IMG/VR virus record: IMGVR_UViG_3300035703_000008
Coordinates: 144,933-208,932 of that record
Strand: one strand, 5' to 3'
DNA: 64,000 nucleotides
Below are positions 27,387 through 37,697 of this stretch, one piece after another. The notes under the pieces are model-generated. The model searched no databases and was not told where the DNA came from. It was given only the letters and a program-made list of their open reading frames with translations. Both the position numbers and the translations under genes were made by a program. Position 1 is the stretch's first letter, and every line of letters starts with the position of its first letter.

Positions 27387-30300
27387 ATGGCCGTGACACG
27401 AATTAATAATAATCAGATATCCGACGCATCGGCAGGTAATGCGTATGTGGGTATCAATGCTGCAGTTAAGCTGCAGGATTACTCGATCACCTCGGGTAAG
27501 ATCTCTAACAACCTGACTTATGGTAGCGATCTTACTGTCGCAGGTAACCTTACTGTACAAGGTAACACAACAACAATCGACACCGTTAACGTGGTCGTCG
27601 AAGATCCACTGCTGCTGCTTGCTGCTGCACAGACCGGATCGCCCACGCTGGACATTGGCTTTATTGGCAAGCGTGGTACCAGCGATAACATCGCGTTTGT
27701 CTGGGACGAAAGCGAAGGATTGTTTGCAGCCGCATTCACTTCTAGCGAAGTCACAAACACAACTATCACTATCAACAGCTATGCCAGCGTGAAATCTCTG
27801 GATTCTGCTGTGACTGGAAATCTTTCGGTAACAGGAATCAGCACATTTACTGGCAATGTCACACTGGGCAACCTCTTTGTTGACGGTCAAAAAACCATTG
27901 ATGTTGGCAACAGCATCATCGGCAATGTGCAGTATCCTGTGGCCAACACTGATGCTGCAACCAAGAAGTTTGTTCTCGACGAAACCAGCGGCGGCTTCTT
28001 TGTCACTGATGCAGCAAATGCCAGCCCCCAAGAAGTCAAAAAGGGCGAGTACCTTAGATTCCTTGGCACCACTAATGAAGTCGACGTCGCAGTAGGCGCC
28101 ACAGACAATGTTACAATCGGCTTGCCTGCTAATGTAACTATCAGCAACGACCTCACAGTCAACAACAACGCCACTATCGAAGGCGAGATTTTTGCCAACG
28201 GCAACATCCTGGTATCTGTGGCTAATACTTACAGCCTGGGCAATGCTTCTCATCGTTTCAAGGATCTTTACCTCAGTGGCAACACACTGTATCTGGGCAA
28301 TGTTGAGCTTTCCCAGACTACAACTGATCGTACCATCCCTGTTGTCACCATTTCTGCCAATGGCTCAGACGCAGTAGCCAACGCTGAATCGTTTAACGCT
28401 TCCAATGCTGTCACAGCTGGCGGCAACGTTACTGGTGCCAATGTTATTGCTACAGCCAATGTCACTGCCACAGGCAACGTATCAGGTGGCAACGTATTGG
28501 CCACAGCAGGGCTGTATGGCGCTTCTTTGAGCGTGACTGGCAACATCGCAGGTGGAAACCTCAGTTCAGCTGGTATCATCACAGCAGTTGGTAACATCGC
28601 AGGTGGAAATCTTGCTGCTAGCGGTGCTATTGATGCCACAGGTAATGTCACAGCTGGCAACGTGATCACAGTTGGTGTTGTAACTGCCACAGGCAACGTA
28701 ACAGGTGGAAACCTGATCACAGCTGGTGCAGTGACTGCCACAGGCAACATCACAGCCACAGGCAATGTTGTAGGCGGAAACCTCGTAACAGCTGGAAACC
28801 TCGAAGCCAACAATGCTTCTATTGCTGGTTCGTTCAGTGCCAACAACCTTTCGGCAGTGAACAATGTCACTGGCAACGTGATCACATCCAACACCAGCAT
28901 CAACGGTCAGACCGTGGTAGCTTCTGGAAACGTCACAGCTGGTAACGTGATCTCCAGCGGTATCGTAAGTGCCACAGGCAACGTGAGCGGTGGAAACCTG
29001 ACCACAGCTGGCCTCGTAAGTGCCACAGGCAACGTGAGCGGTGGAAACCTGACCACAGCTGGCCTCGTAAGTGCCACAGGCAACGTGAGCGGTGGAAACC
29101 TGACCACAACTGGTAAAGTGTCTGCTGCAACTGGTACATTCACTGGCGACGTTGACGTAGCTAATCTTTCTGCTTCTGGTACAGCCACAGTCACAGGCAA
29201 TGTGCTGGCTGGTAACCTCAACACTGGTGGAAAAGTAGTGGCCACTGGCAACATTGACAGTTCCGCTCATATTTCGGCAACAAACAGCATCACAGCTGGC
29301 GGTAACATCTCTGGTGGTAATATCAGTGCTTCGGGCACAATCGCTGCCACAGGCAATGTGTCAGGAGGTAACCTTACTACACTGGGCGCAGTAATAGCAT
29401 CCGGTAACGTCACTGGTGACAATCTCTTTGGCGATGCACTGTTTGGCGTCACTGGCGACTTCAATATCTATGCACCTGCTGGTAACCACAGCATCATCCT
29501 TAATGCTACTGGTACAGGTACCATCGACGTTGGCAACGTCAGAATCACCACACTGGCTGAACCCAGCAACGACAACGATGCCGCAACCAAAGGCTATGTT
29601 GACTCGGTAGCACAGGGTCTCGATGTCAAAGCTTCGGTGGTAGTTGCTACTACAGCACCTCTGCCTGCATTTACCTATAACAACGGTAATGCTGGTGTTG
29701 GCGCTACAATCACAGCTTCTGCAGCTGGTAACCTCGAGATTGACGGTGTAACAGTATCCACTGGCGATCGCGTGCTGATCAAGAACGAAACCGGTGCTGA
29801 TGAGCCTTACAACGGTATCTACGTAGTGACCACAGCGGGTACACCCAGCGTACCGTTTGAACTGACACGTTCCACAGACATGGACAACGGAAGCCCCAGC
29901 GGTGAGTTCCCTGGTGCGTTTACGTTTGTCGAAGAAGGTACAGTGAACTTTGATTCGGGCTGGGTATGTACTACCAACGCTCCAGTCACAGTGGGCACAA
30001 CACCTATCACGTTCCAGCAGTTCTCGGGTGCAGGTTCGATCGTTGCTGGTAACGGTCTGGGCAAAACAGGTAGTACACTGTTCGTCAACGTTGACAACGA
30101 TACCACAGCTATCGTAGCTGACAACGTGGTAGTTAAAGCAGGTGCTAACCTGGTAACTCCCAACATTGGCAACGCCACAGGTACCACACTCACACTCACA
30201 GGCAACGTAGTAGCTGGTAACGTCAACTCCAACGGCGCAGTCACAGCTGGAACAAGCGTCACAGCCACAGGCAACATCAGCGGTGCTAACTTGTTGGCCA

Positions 30301-33300
30301 GTGGTTATGTAGCTGCTTCGGGCAACGTAAGCGGTGCTAACTTGTTGGCCAGTGGTTTTGTATCTGCCACAGGCAACGTAATTGGTGCCAATGTTGTCGC
30401 TGTCAATGGACTGTACGGTACCACATTGTCAGTTGTGGGCAATGTCGATGCTGGCAACCTCAACACCACAGGCAAAGTAGTTGCAGTTGGCAACGTTGAT
30501 GCAGGTAACGTCAACACTGCTGGTAATGTAGCTGCAAACTTTGTGTTTGCTACAGGCAACGTTGATGCAGGTAACCTGATCACTTCGGGCGTGATGACTG
30601 CCACAGGCAACGTAACAGGTGGTAATGTACTCACAGCTGGTATCGTAAGTGCTACAGGTAATGTAAGCGGCGGCAATGTAACCACAGCTGGTCGTGTTGA
30701 TGCCACAGGTAACGTGGCTGGTGGAAACTTGACCACAGCTGGTCGTGTTGATGCAGTTGGCAACGTGGCTGGTGGAAACCTGACCACAGCTGGTGCAGTT
30801 GATGCAATTGGTAACGTATCTGGCGGTAATGTACTGTCCAGCGGTATCGTAAGTGCCACAGGCAACGTGAGCGGTGGAAACCTGACCACAGTGGGACAAG
30901 TTCTTGCCACAGGCAACGTAGCTGGCGGCAACATCACCACAGTGGGCGGTGTCACTGCTACTGGCAATGTCAACGCATTTGACGTAGTAGCCAGCAACGC
31001 ACTGATTGGTAACAGCCTGGTAATTAGCGGCAACATCAACGGTGGAAACCTCAACGCTGTTAATGCTGTCAATGCCGGTACTACAGTGACCGCAGTTGGA
31101 AATGTCACGGGTGGTAATGTACTCACAGCTGGTATCGTAAGTGCCACAGGCAACGTCACAGGTGGTAATGTACTCACAGCTGGTATTGTAAGTGCTACAG
31201 GCAATGTAAGCGGTGGCAACGTAACCACAGCTGGTATCGTGAGCGCCACAGGCAATGTAACAGGTGGAAATCTGGTTGCGATTGGCGATGTCAGCGGTGC
31301 TACACTCACTATCAGCGGTAATGTAGCAGGTGGAAACCTGATCACTTCTGGTCAAGTTCTTGCCACAGGCAACGTAACAGGTGGTAATGTACTCACAGCT
31401 GGTATCGTAAGTGCCACAGGCAACGTCACAGGCGGTAACCTGATCACAGCAGGTGAAATGACTGCTACAGGCAACGTCACAGGCGGTAATGTAATCACAG
31501 CTGGTATCGTAAGTGCCACAGGCAACGTAACAGGTGGAAACCTTATTACTAGCGGTTCCGCTGAAATCACAGGAAATGCTTCGGCTAACAACCTGTCAGT
31601 GACAACTACTGCTGCGCTGGGCAACATCGTGATCTCTGGTGATGACGTAACTGGTACCAACGGCAAAGTAACATTCAATGCTGCTGGTGACGACATTGAC
31701 TTTGTGTTCTCGGGCAACAATGCTGCCAATTTGCTGGTAGTTGATTCTGGGGCCGACACAGTGTTGATCAACACTGGAACACCGGTTACAGACTCCTTGC
31801 TCACCATTGGTGGTGCAAGCTCAATGATCATCCCCGTGGGTAATACAAGCCAGCGTCCGCTAGCACCTGTGAGTGGTATGATCCGATTCAACAGCCAGCT
31901 CGACCAGTTTGAGTTCTATGACAACAACAGCTGGACCACAGCCGGTGTTGAGTTCACAGTGATCGCTTCCGAAACCTTCAACGGTGACGGTGCTACCACA
32001 GTGTTTACATTGAGCTCTAACCAGACCACAGCTTCCTGTATCGTCAGCATCAACGGTGTGGTACAGTTGCCCGTGACAGCTTACGCTGTAACAGGCGGAA
32101 CTACACTGACATTTACTGAAGCTCCTGAAGTAGGTGACGTGATTGAAGTACGCGAGATCACAACAACTACCACTATCATGGGTATCAGCAATGGTGATGC
32201 TTCTGCTCAGATCGAAGCTTCAGCCAACACCGCTGATATCGATATCACTGGTAACCTGCTGCCTACAGCCAATGTCACATATAACTTGGGTAGCAATACT
32301 GCAGCTTGGAACGACCTGTATCTGGCAGGTAACACCATTTACCTCGGACCCCTGCGTCTTGAAGCTGCTGACGCCAACACATTCGTGGTGTTGAACAGCA
32401 GCGGACAACAGGCCAACATCGACGTTGGTGCAGTTGACGTCTCGGCTATCTCCAGTGGAACCACAACAATTGGTATCGCAACACCCAATGGAAATGCTTA
32501 TGTGAGCGTGGGCGGACAAGCCAATCGTTTGGTGGTAAGCACTGCAGGCGCTAATGTTGATGGAACATTTGGTGTCACAGGCAACATCACTGGTGGCAAC
32601 GTAAGTGCTACAGGAATTGCTGGTACATTGAGCACAGCAGCACAGCCCAACATCACCAGTGTTGGTACACTGACAAGTCTGGCAGTAACTGGCAATATCA
32701 GTAGTGGCAACGTAATTGCTACAGGAATCGCTGGTACACTGAGCACAGCAGCGCAGCCCAATATCACCAGTGTTGGTACACTGGGATCGTTGACTGTAAC
32801 TGGCAATATCAGTGGTGGAAATCTTGCAGGCACATTGACCACAGCAACACAGACCAACATCACAACAATTGGTACACTGGGATCGTTGACTGTAACAGGC
32901 AACGTCAACACTGGTAACGTAAGTGGTACTACAGGTACATTTACTAATGTGTCTGGTACATTGACCACAGCAGCACAGACCAACATTACTAGTGTTGGTA
33001 CACTGGGCAGCCTGGCAGTTACAGGAAACGTTTCAACTGGTAACGTAAGTGGTACTACAGGTACATTTACTAATGTGTCTGGTACATTGACCACAGCAGC
33101 ACAGACCAACATCACATCGTTGGGTACACTGGGAAGTCTGGCAGTTACTGGCAATATCGGTGGTGGCAACCTCAACATTACAGGAAACATCGTTGACAGC
33201 GGAGCACTCAGCATCATCACAGGATCCAATGGTAATCTTACATTGAATGCTGGAACTGGCTCTATCATAGTCAACAGTGACATCCTAAATGGTCGTGCCA

Positions 33301-33746
33301 ATGGCGTCGGCAATATTGGTTCTAGTACTGGTTACTTCAACACAATTTTTGCCAAGGCCACAAGTGCTCAGTACGCTGACTTGGCAGAGATGTATGAAGC
33401 CGATGCTGCTATCGAACCTGGTACAGTGGTGTGCTTTGGTGGAGACAAAGAAGTACAAGTTTGTGCCCACGACGAAGACACAGCAGTGGCTGGCGTGATA
33501 TCTACCAACCCCAGCTACATCATGAACTCGGCCCAGACTGGCGAGCACGTGGTTGCTGTGGCATTCACAGGTCGCGTACCTTGTAAAGTAGTTGGTCCTG
33601 TCAAGAAGGGTGATCTCATGGTATCGGCTGGCAATGGTGCAGCCAAGGCCAAGAAGGATCCCAAAGTTGGTACAGTGATTGGTAAAGCACTGGCCGACTT
33701 TGATGGTGCCGAAGGCGTGATCGAAGTGGTAGTTGGACGCTTCTAA
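27387..33746 (+). CDS. giant repetitive tail fibre (2119 aa) with C-terminal intramolecular-chaperone-like domain
   Basis: dozens of 17-aa ATGNVxGGNxxTAGxVS repeats, DAATKxYVD motifs, GDRVLIKN...NGIY module, C-terminal YADLAE domain. Confidence 0.88.
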   Translation: MAVTRINNNQISDASAGNAYVGINAAVKLQDYSITSGKISNNLTYGSDLTVAGNLTVQGNTTTIDTVNVVVEDPLLLLAAAQTGSPTLDIGFIGKRGTSDNIAFVWDESEGLFAAAFTSSEVTNTTITINSYASVKSLDSAVTGNLSVTGISTFTGNVTLGNLFVDGQKTIDVGNSIIGNVQYPVANTDAATKKFVLDETSGGFFVTDAANASPQEVKKGEYLRFLGTTNEVDVAVGATDNVTIGLPANVTISNDLTVNNNATIEGEIFANGNILVSVANTYSLGNASHRFKDLYLSGNTLYLGNVELSQTTTDRTIPVVTISANGSDAVANAESFNASNAVTAGGNVTGANVIATANVTATGNVSGGNVLATAGLYGASLSVTGNIAGGNLSSAGIITAVGNIAGGNLAASGAIDATGNVTAGNVITVGVVTATGNVTGGNLITAGAVTATGNITATGNVVGGNLVTAGNLEANNASIAGSFSANNLSAVNNVTGNVITSNTSINGQTVVASGNVTAGNVISSGIVSATGNVSGGNLTTAGLVSATGNVSGGNLTTAGLVSATGNVSGGNLTTTGKVSAATGTFTGDVDVANLSASGTATVTGNVLAGNLNTGGKVVATGNIDSSAHISATNSITAGGNISGGNISASGTIAATGNVSGGNLTTLGAVIASGNVTGDNLFGDALFGVTGDFNIYAPAGNHSIILNATGTGTIDVGNVRITTLAEPSNDNDAATKGYVDSVAQGLDVKASVVVATTAPLPAFTYNNGNAGVGATITASAAGNLEIDGVTVSTGDRVLIKNETGADEPYNGIYVVTTAGTPSVPFELTRSTDMDNGSPSGEFPGAFTFVEEGTVNFDSGWVCTTNAPVTVGTTPITFQQFSGAGSIVAGNGLGKTGSTLFVNVDNDTTAIVADNVVVKAGANLVTPNIGNATGTTLTLTGNVVAGNVNSNGAVTAGTSVTATGNISGANLLASGYVAASGNVSGANLLASGFVSATGNVIGANVVAVNGLYGTTLSVVGNVDAGNLNTTGKVVAVGNVDAGNVNTAGNVAANFVFATGNVDAGNLITSGVMTATGNVTGGNVLTAGIVSATGNVSGGNVTTAGRVDATGNVAGGNLTTAGRVDAVGNVAGGNLTTAGAVDAIGNVSGGNVLSSGIVSATGNVSGGNLTTVGQVLATGNVAGGNITTVGGVTATGNVNAFDVVASNALIGNSLVISGNINGGNLNAVNAVNAGTTVTAVGNVTGGNVLTAGIVSATGNVTGGNVLTAGIVSATGNVSGGNVTTAGIVSATGNVTGGNLVAIGDVSGATLTISGNVAGGNLITSGQVLATGNVTGGNVLTAGIVSATGNVTGGNLITAGEMTATGNVTGGNVITAGIVSATGNVTGGNLITSGSAEITGNASANNLSVTTTAALGNIVISGDDVTGTNGKVTFNAAGDDIDFVFSGNNAANLLVVDSGADTVLINTGTPVTDSLLTIGGASSMIIPVGNTSQRPLAPVSGMIRFNSQLDQFEFYDNNSWTTAGVEFTVIASETFNGDGATTVFTLSSNQTTASCIVSINGVVQLPVTAYAVTGGTTLTFTEAPEVGDVIEVREITTTTTIMGISNGDASAQIEASANTADIDITGNLLPTANVTYNLGSNTAAWNDLYLAGNTIYLGPLRLEAADANTFVVLNSSGQQANIDVGAVDVSAISSGTTTIGIATPNGNAYVSVGGQANRLVVSTAGANVDGTFGVTGNITGGNVSATGIAGTLSTAAQPNITSVGTLTSLAVTGNISSGNVIATGIAGTLSTAAQPNITSVGTLGSLTVTGNISGGNLAGTLTTATQTNITTIGTLGSLTVTGNVNTGNVSGTTGTFTNVSGTLTTAAQTNITSVGTLGSLAVTGNVSTGNVSGTTGTFTNVSGTLTTAAQTNITSLGTLGSLAVTGNIGGGNLNITGNIVDSGALSIITGSNGNLTLNAGTGSIIVNSDILNGRANGVGNIGSSTGYFNTIFAKATSAQYADLAEMYEADAAIEPGTVVCFGGDKEVQVCAHDEDTAVAGVISTNPSYIMNSAQTGEHVVAVAFTGRVPCKVVGPVKKGDLMVSAGNGAAKAKKDPKVGTVIGKALADFDGAEGVIEVVVGRF
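28964..29108 (+). repeat. exact 51-bp coding tandem repeat (~2.8 copies)
   Basis: CGTAAGTGCCACAGGCAACGTGAGCGGTGGAAACCTGACCACA... starts at 28964, 29015 and 29066. Confidence 0.9.
32911..33112 (+). repeat. 126-bp-period coding repeat
   Basis: identical ~75-bp block CTGGTAACGTAAGTGGTACTACAGG... at 32911 and 33037. Confidence 0.85.
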
Positions 33747-33764
33747 GCATCACAGGCAGTAACT

Positions 33765-33797
33765 AAAATAGGGCAGCTGACGCTGCCCTATTTTTTT
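33765..33797 (+). terminator. intrinsic terminator after giant fibre
   Basis: AAAATAGGGCAGC-TGAC-GCTGCCCTATTTTTTT. Confidence 0.9.
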
Positions 33798-33828
33798 GGC
33801 TAAGTAATCAAGACTAGGAGAGGGTCAG

Positions 33829-34491
33829 ATGATACAGCAAAAATTCCGCAAAGATTATTCAGGCGAATTTATCGTCCTACAAGTGAGATATGTAGATGGA
33901 AAAAAACAAGAGATACGCGAATGGGTCGAGAATCCCATACAAAATGATCACATGAAACGAGCTGCTGTGATCGGTACCAACCTCGATCGACACTTTTTCG
34001 ACTATTCAAAACTGGAGCGTCATCGTGGAGGACTCTTGGCCAGTAAAAAACTACAGACCTATGTCACAGGGCAGATGTGGAAGGAAATCAAGGCTGATTT
34101 TCTAGTAGAAACTGACCGATCTCTCTTGGAAGAATTTATAAAAGAAAAGTACACCTCAACTCGTGTGTGTTATACCACAGCCACGAATTGTATCCGATAT
34201 CCGGGCGAATTCTATCTCGTGCCTTTCAACCCCAAAATTGATGTCATGGCTTTGCCATTGTATCTTGCAGCATTTGACGGTCACGAAGAGATTTTCGTGA
34301 TGGGCTATACTAAAATCACGGAATCGGGAACCAAAGCCTGGCGAACCAACGTGGATCAAGTGATACGAGCCTATCCGGGCGTGAAGTTTTATTTTGTCGG
34401 ACCGGAGACAAATACTCCAGAAATGTGGAGACACAACAAAAATGTCAGTTGCATGACCTATCGAGATTTCATCACTTACTGTGATGTGTGA
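33829..34491 (+). CDS. hypothetical protein, distant paralog of 20843-21451
   Basis: AAVIG N-terminal motif; YLAAFDGHEEIFVMGY vs GLAAMDRHNPVILLGFD; W...V..YP.V.F. Confidence 0.6.
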   Translation: MIQQKFRKDYSGEFIVLQVRYVDGKKQEIREWVENPIQNDHMKRAAVIGTNLDRHFFDYSKLERHRGGLLASKKLQTYVTGQMWKEIKADFLVETDRSLLEEFIKEKYTSTRVCYTTATNCIRYPGEFYLVPFNPKIDVMALPLYLAAFDGHEEIFVMGYTKITESGTKAWRTNVDQVIRAYPGVKFYFVGPETNTPEMWRHNKNVSCMTYRDFITYCDV

Positions 34492-34901
34492 ACTGTGGTC
34501 CTGATGGTGTCTATTTTTTGACGAACAGCATCGAAGTTTATCATGTTCCATAGTCCGGGATGCATGGGCTTGGGCCATGAACCCGAGTCAATCCAGGCAT
34601 ATCCCAGATGTTCGTCGTTGAGCCTGGGACCAAACTCGTTGAGTACACAACAGAAGAACGTGTGATAAACGAACCCACCGTCGGCACTGGTAAACTGTTC
34701 TAAAGGAACCAACTTGACATGATCGGGAAACTCGCCAATCTCTTCTTGGCATTCGCGAGTCATGGCAGCCAACAAACTTTCCCCAGCTTCGGCTTTGCCG
34801 CCGGGTAGTCCCCAGGTCATGGGATGTTTGGCATCGTTCCTTAGCAGATAAAGATATCGCTGTGTGTCGAGGCTGTAAAACCATACACCAACTGCGTTCA
34901 C
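34476..34901 (-). CDS. Nudix hydrolase
   Basis: Nudix box WGLPGGKAEAGESLLAAMTRECQEEIG; GTG start overlapping the upstream TGA. Confidence 0.9.
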   Translation of the reverse strand: MNAVGVWFYSLDTQRYLYLLRNDAKHPMTWGLPGGKAEAGESLLAAMTRECQEEIGEFPDHVKLVPLEQFTSADGGFVYHTFFCCVLNEFGPRLNDEHLGYAWIDSGSWPKPMHPGLWNMINFDAVRQKIDTIRTTVHTSQ

Positions 34902-36280
34902 AGAACCAGACTCCATTCGCCTGACGGGTAAAGTCCTTCGTAGCTTTTGACCCATTCTCTGCCGGTCCATCTGTATTGCAATCCCGTAGTGATGTTGGTC
35001 ATGTATTGTACATTGGTTCCAGTCTCGCTGTCAAATGCCACTTGCCATTGACCATCTGCGTACTGTATCACATCGTTGGCCGTGGCCACTACTGGGCCCC
35101 ATGCAGCAGCAAATGCGGTGTCAGTGTCGCTGCCAATGTCGTTGAGTATGAGATATCGTTGTCCTTCGGCTGCGGCAGGCAAACCAGCACCCGGACCACT
35201 GAGCAAGGGATCAATCACGGCATCTACGGGATCCAAGGTGTTTACAGGCACAGTGTCTTGGTCGATGTCAACCAGCAAGAATCTTTCATCGGTGGGGTCG
35301 TAGCTCACGGTTCCGATGATTTCGTTATCGCCGCCCCACTGATCAGAAAATCTTATCTGCGAAATTCCCGGCCTCAGCACACCATACATGCCCACTACAG
35401 CAGGCCAAAACTCGTTGCTGAACGGCGAGTCGGGTGGATTGACATTGCTGTTGGGCTGATCAACCACGGCTGAATATTTGAGTACCTGTACCTTGTTGCC
35501 CAACAGCAAGGTCTGGAAGTTGTAAGGCGTGAATTTTTGGCGTGTGCCCAGCAAGAGATCATTGTTGGTGATGGCTTCGTTGGCATCACCTTGTGCATCA
35601 AACACCGAGTAAATGATCTTCTCTACCACTCCCAGTTTCTTGATCTTGGCCGGAGCAGAGATCCAGATAGGAACAGTGAATCTCATGGTCATGATATCGA
35701 TGGGATTTTCTGTGCCTTGGGGGATGGTACGACTGCTCCAAGTCACATTGTCCAAGTCCACGGTGGTGAGGCTGGTCCAATCGATGTAGCTGTCGGTGCT
35801 TTGTATTTCCAATGCAGGATTGAACAAGGTAGAGATCTGTTCGAAGATCTGGAACTTTTGGTTGGTATTTGAAGTCCAGATATCGCAGTTGATGGTCATC
35901 TTATAGGGCACTGGCATGAGTCGTTCGATGGTGAAGGCATTGCCCTGCGTGGTCTCGTAGCTTTCAGTGTCGGGATCATAGGTGCGTTGACGTACCTGCA
36001 TCTTGTTGACGAAGTAGGGCTCTTGCATCCTAGGACGATCGTAGTCCATGCCCACGATGTAAAAAGTGATCAATGGAGTAGATGGCATGGAGTTGGCCGA
36101 GTTCTCCTGTATGATGGTCTGTGCCTGGCGGCTGGCATCACCGTAGCGTACCGGGACACGCACCAAAGTGGCTTCGAGGCTTTCATCACGACCATACTCG
36201 ACTTGGAAGTTGGAAAAGATCCTAGCAAACTGCAAAAGGAATCTGCGTATCTGTTCGTCGTAAAAATGTTGCTGAGCCAT
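34898..36280 (-). CDS. gp15: tail sheath stabiliser / tail terminator (gp15-like) with C-terminal extension
   Basis: HFYDEQIRRFL.QF..IFSN, VPVRYG, MPVPY, QIFEQI..LFNP. Confidence 0.8.
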   Translation of the reverse strand: MAQQHFYDEQIRRFLLQFARIFSNFQVEYGRDESLEATLVRVPVRYGDASRQAQTIIQENSANSMPSTPLITFYIVGMDYDRPRMQEPYFVNKMQVRQRTYDPDTESYETTQGNAFTIERLMPVPYKMTINCDIWTSNTNQKFQIFEQISTLFNPALEIQSTDSYIDWTSLTTVDLDNVTWSSRTIPQGTENPIDIMTMRFTVPIWISAPAKIKKLGVVEKIIYSVFDAQGDANEAITNNDLLLGTRQKFTPYNFQTLLLGNKVQVLKYSAVVDQPNSNVNPPDSPFSNEFWPAVVGMYGVLRPGISQIRFSDQWGGDNEIIGTVSYDPTDERFLLVDIDQDTVPVNTLDPVDAVIDPLLSGPGAGLPAAAEGQRYLILNDIGSDTDTAFAAAWGPVVATANDVIQYADGQWQVAFDSETGTNVQYMTNITTGLQYRWTGREWVKSYEGLYPSGEWSLVL

Positions 36281-37641
36281 TATCTTCCTGGTGGTCTTGG
36301 GTTAGGCGGTAAGTTGCCACCTTGATCGCCGTTGTCGGCCAAGGGACGTAGTGCTTGACTGAGACTCTGCCGGCTGGGTATGTTGCCCATATCGGTGGTA
36401 GACACGGTGTATTCGTTGTTGACAAAACTGCTTCGCAGCGTCTGATTGCTGGGACCATTGGTGAGATTGGTACGCACCTTGTCCTCGATCTTGAGCCAAC
36501 CACGTCCGTTGAAGCGAAACAAACGATTTGGGAAATAATCCAAGCGCAGGCAGTAGTCGCCTTCTTGTGGGTTGGTAGGAAAGCTCACGCCTGGCGTCAC
36601 AGGCAGGCCATTTGGGGCTATGCCGTCGCCGGTGAGATAGCCCATGGTCCAACCATCGGCTCTTGGGGTTTGACTGGCATCAGCCACTCCTACTCCGGTG
36701 TAGTCTACAGTGGGTACAGTACCGTCCACTGTGGGACCTGCTGGATTGGCCGGTGTGCCATCGGGGTTGGTGGGGAATATGTAAAACTTCACAGTGTCGT
36801 AGCCACTGAGAGGAACTTCTACTTCGGCCTGTGCCAGTATGGCATCATTGATCTCAAGGTCTTTGTTGCGGGTGCTGGCCTTGTCAGCTATGGTAGTGGG
36901 GTTGGTGATCTCGCGCCAGTAGTTGGTGTCTGTGATGGGTGTGCCCACTGGCACATCTACACGGGCTTCGTAGTAGACATCTCCTTGATTCACTATGGTA
37001 CCTGCAGGATAGAAGTTGCCTGGATCCCAGATGTTTTCAGGCATGAACGGCCGGTCGATGATTTCCTGGTACTCTTGTGCATTGACCATGGGTGTGGCTT
37101 TCACACGCCACAAATGGGGCAACCAAGTCTGCGAAAAACCTTCGCTGGCGAAAGCAGCATCTTGTACCACATAATATTTGGGAAGAGCCCGGGTAATGGC
37201 AGCATTCAAGGGATTGGGATCTTTGAGATTTGGGACTTCGATCACATCGCCACTCATGATTTTCCTACCAATGGTGTCGATCATGTTGTTGTAGTGGAAT
37301 GTCATGAACAAGGTATCGTTGTTTAGGAACAGTCCAAATTGCGTGAGATCAAAGTCGATGTCCTGGATCTGGTACACGGCTCGCATCTGGTACACATCGG
37401 GATCATAGGAACGATCTCGGTTTTCCAGCAGCAAGAGATCCTGTATGAACAACGGATTGCTTTCGTCATAGACTGGCTGCGTGGCATCAGCGTTTCCGGG
37501 GTCATCGGGCAAGACTTTTGGGCCCAGATACTTGTGCAGATAGATGTCAACCCCGCCGACTTGATACATTTCGGCGATAGTGCGATCAAAAAAACGGTAA
37601 TCGTTGGTTTGTTGGGGTCGCCAAAGGCTCAATCTGGGCAT
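36280..37641 (-). CDS. gp14: neck / head-closure protein (gp14-like)
   Basis: G.DIY.HKY, DLLLLENRDR.Y, DLTQFGLF, GDVIE.P; adjacent to gp15-like gene. Confidence 0.7.
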   Translation of the reverse strand: MPRLSLWRPQQTNDYRFFDRTIAEMYQVGGVDIYLHKYLGPKVLPDDPGNADATQPVYDESNPLFIQDLLLLENRDRSYDPDVYQMRAVYQIQDIDFDLTQFGLFLNNDTLFMTFHYNNMIDTIGRKIMSGDVIEVPNLKDPNPLNAAITRALPKYYVVQDAAFASEGFSQTWLPHLWRVKATPMVNAQEYQEIIDRPFMPENIWDPGNFYPAGTIVNQGDVYYEARVDVPVGTPITDTNYWREITNPTTIADKASTRNKDLEINDAILAQAEVEVPLSGYDTVKFYIFPTNPDGTPANPAGPTVDGTVPTVDYTGVGVADASQTPRADGWTMGYLTGDGIAPNGLPVTPGVSFPTNPQEGDYCLRLDYFPNRLFRFNGRGWLKIEDKVRTNLTNGPSNQTLRSSFVNNEYTVSTTDMGNIPSRQSLSQALRPLADNGDQGGNLPPNPRPPGR

Positions 37642-37663
37642 AGTCTTGTATTTAGCGGCAAGG

Positions 37664-37692
37664 TTGACTCAAAATTCCAGTTTTGCTAAAAT
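37664..37692 (+). promoter_or_regulatory. sigma70-type early promoter
   Basis: TTGACT-17 bp-TAAAAT with TG extension; ATG 37698 follows 5 nt later. Confidence 0.7.
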
Positions 37693-37697
37693 ACACT

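Noticed and set aside
28400-33200. CRISPR array or DGR template/variable repeat
   Set aside because: The repeats are in-frame coding units without unique spacers, differences are not adenine-specific, and no cas or RT genes are present
27105-33313. Long antisense ORFs opposite the fibre, and similar ones opposite gp18, gp17 and the head genes
   Set aside because: Shadow ORFs produced by codon bias and repeats on the coding strand
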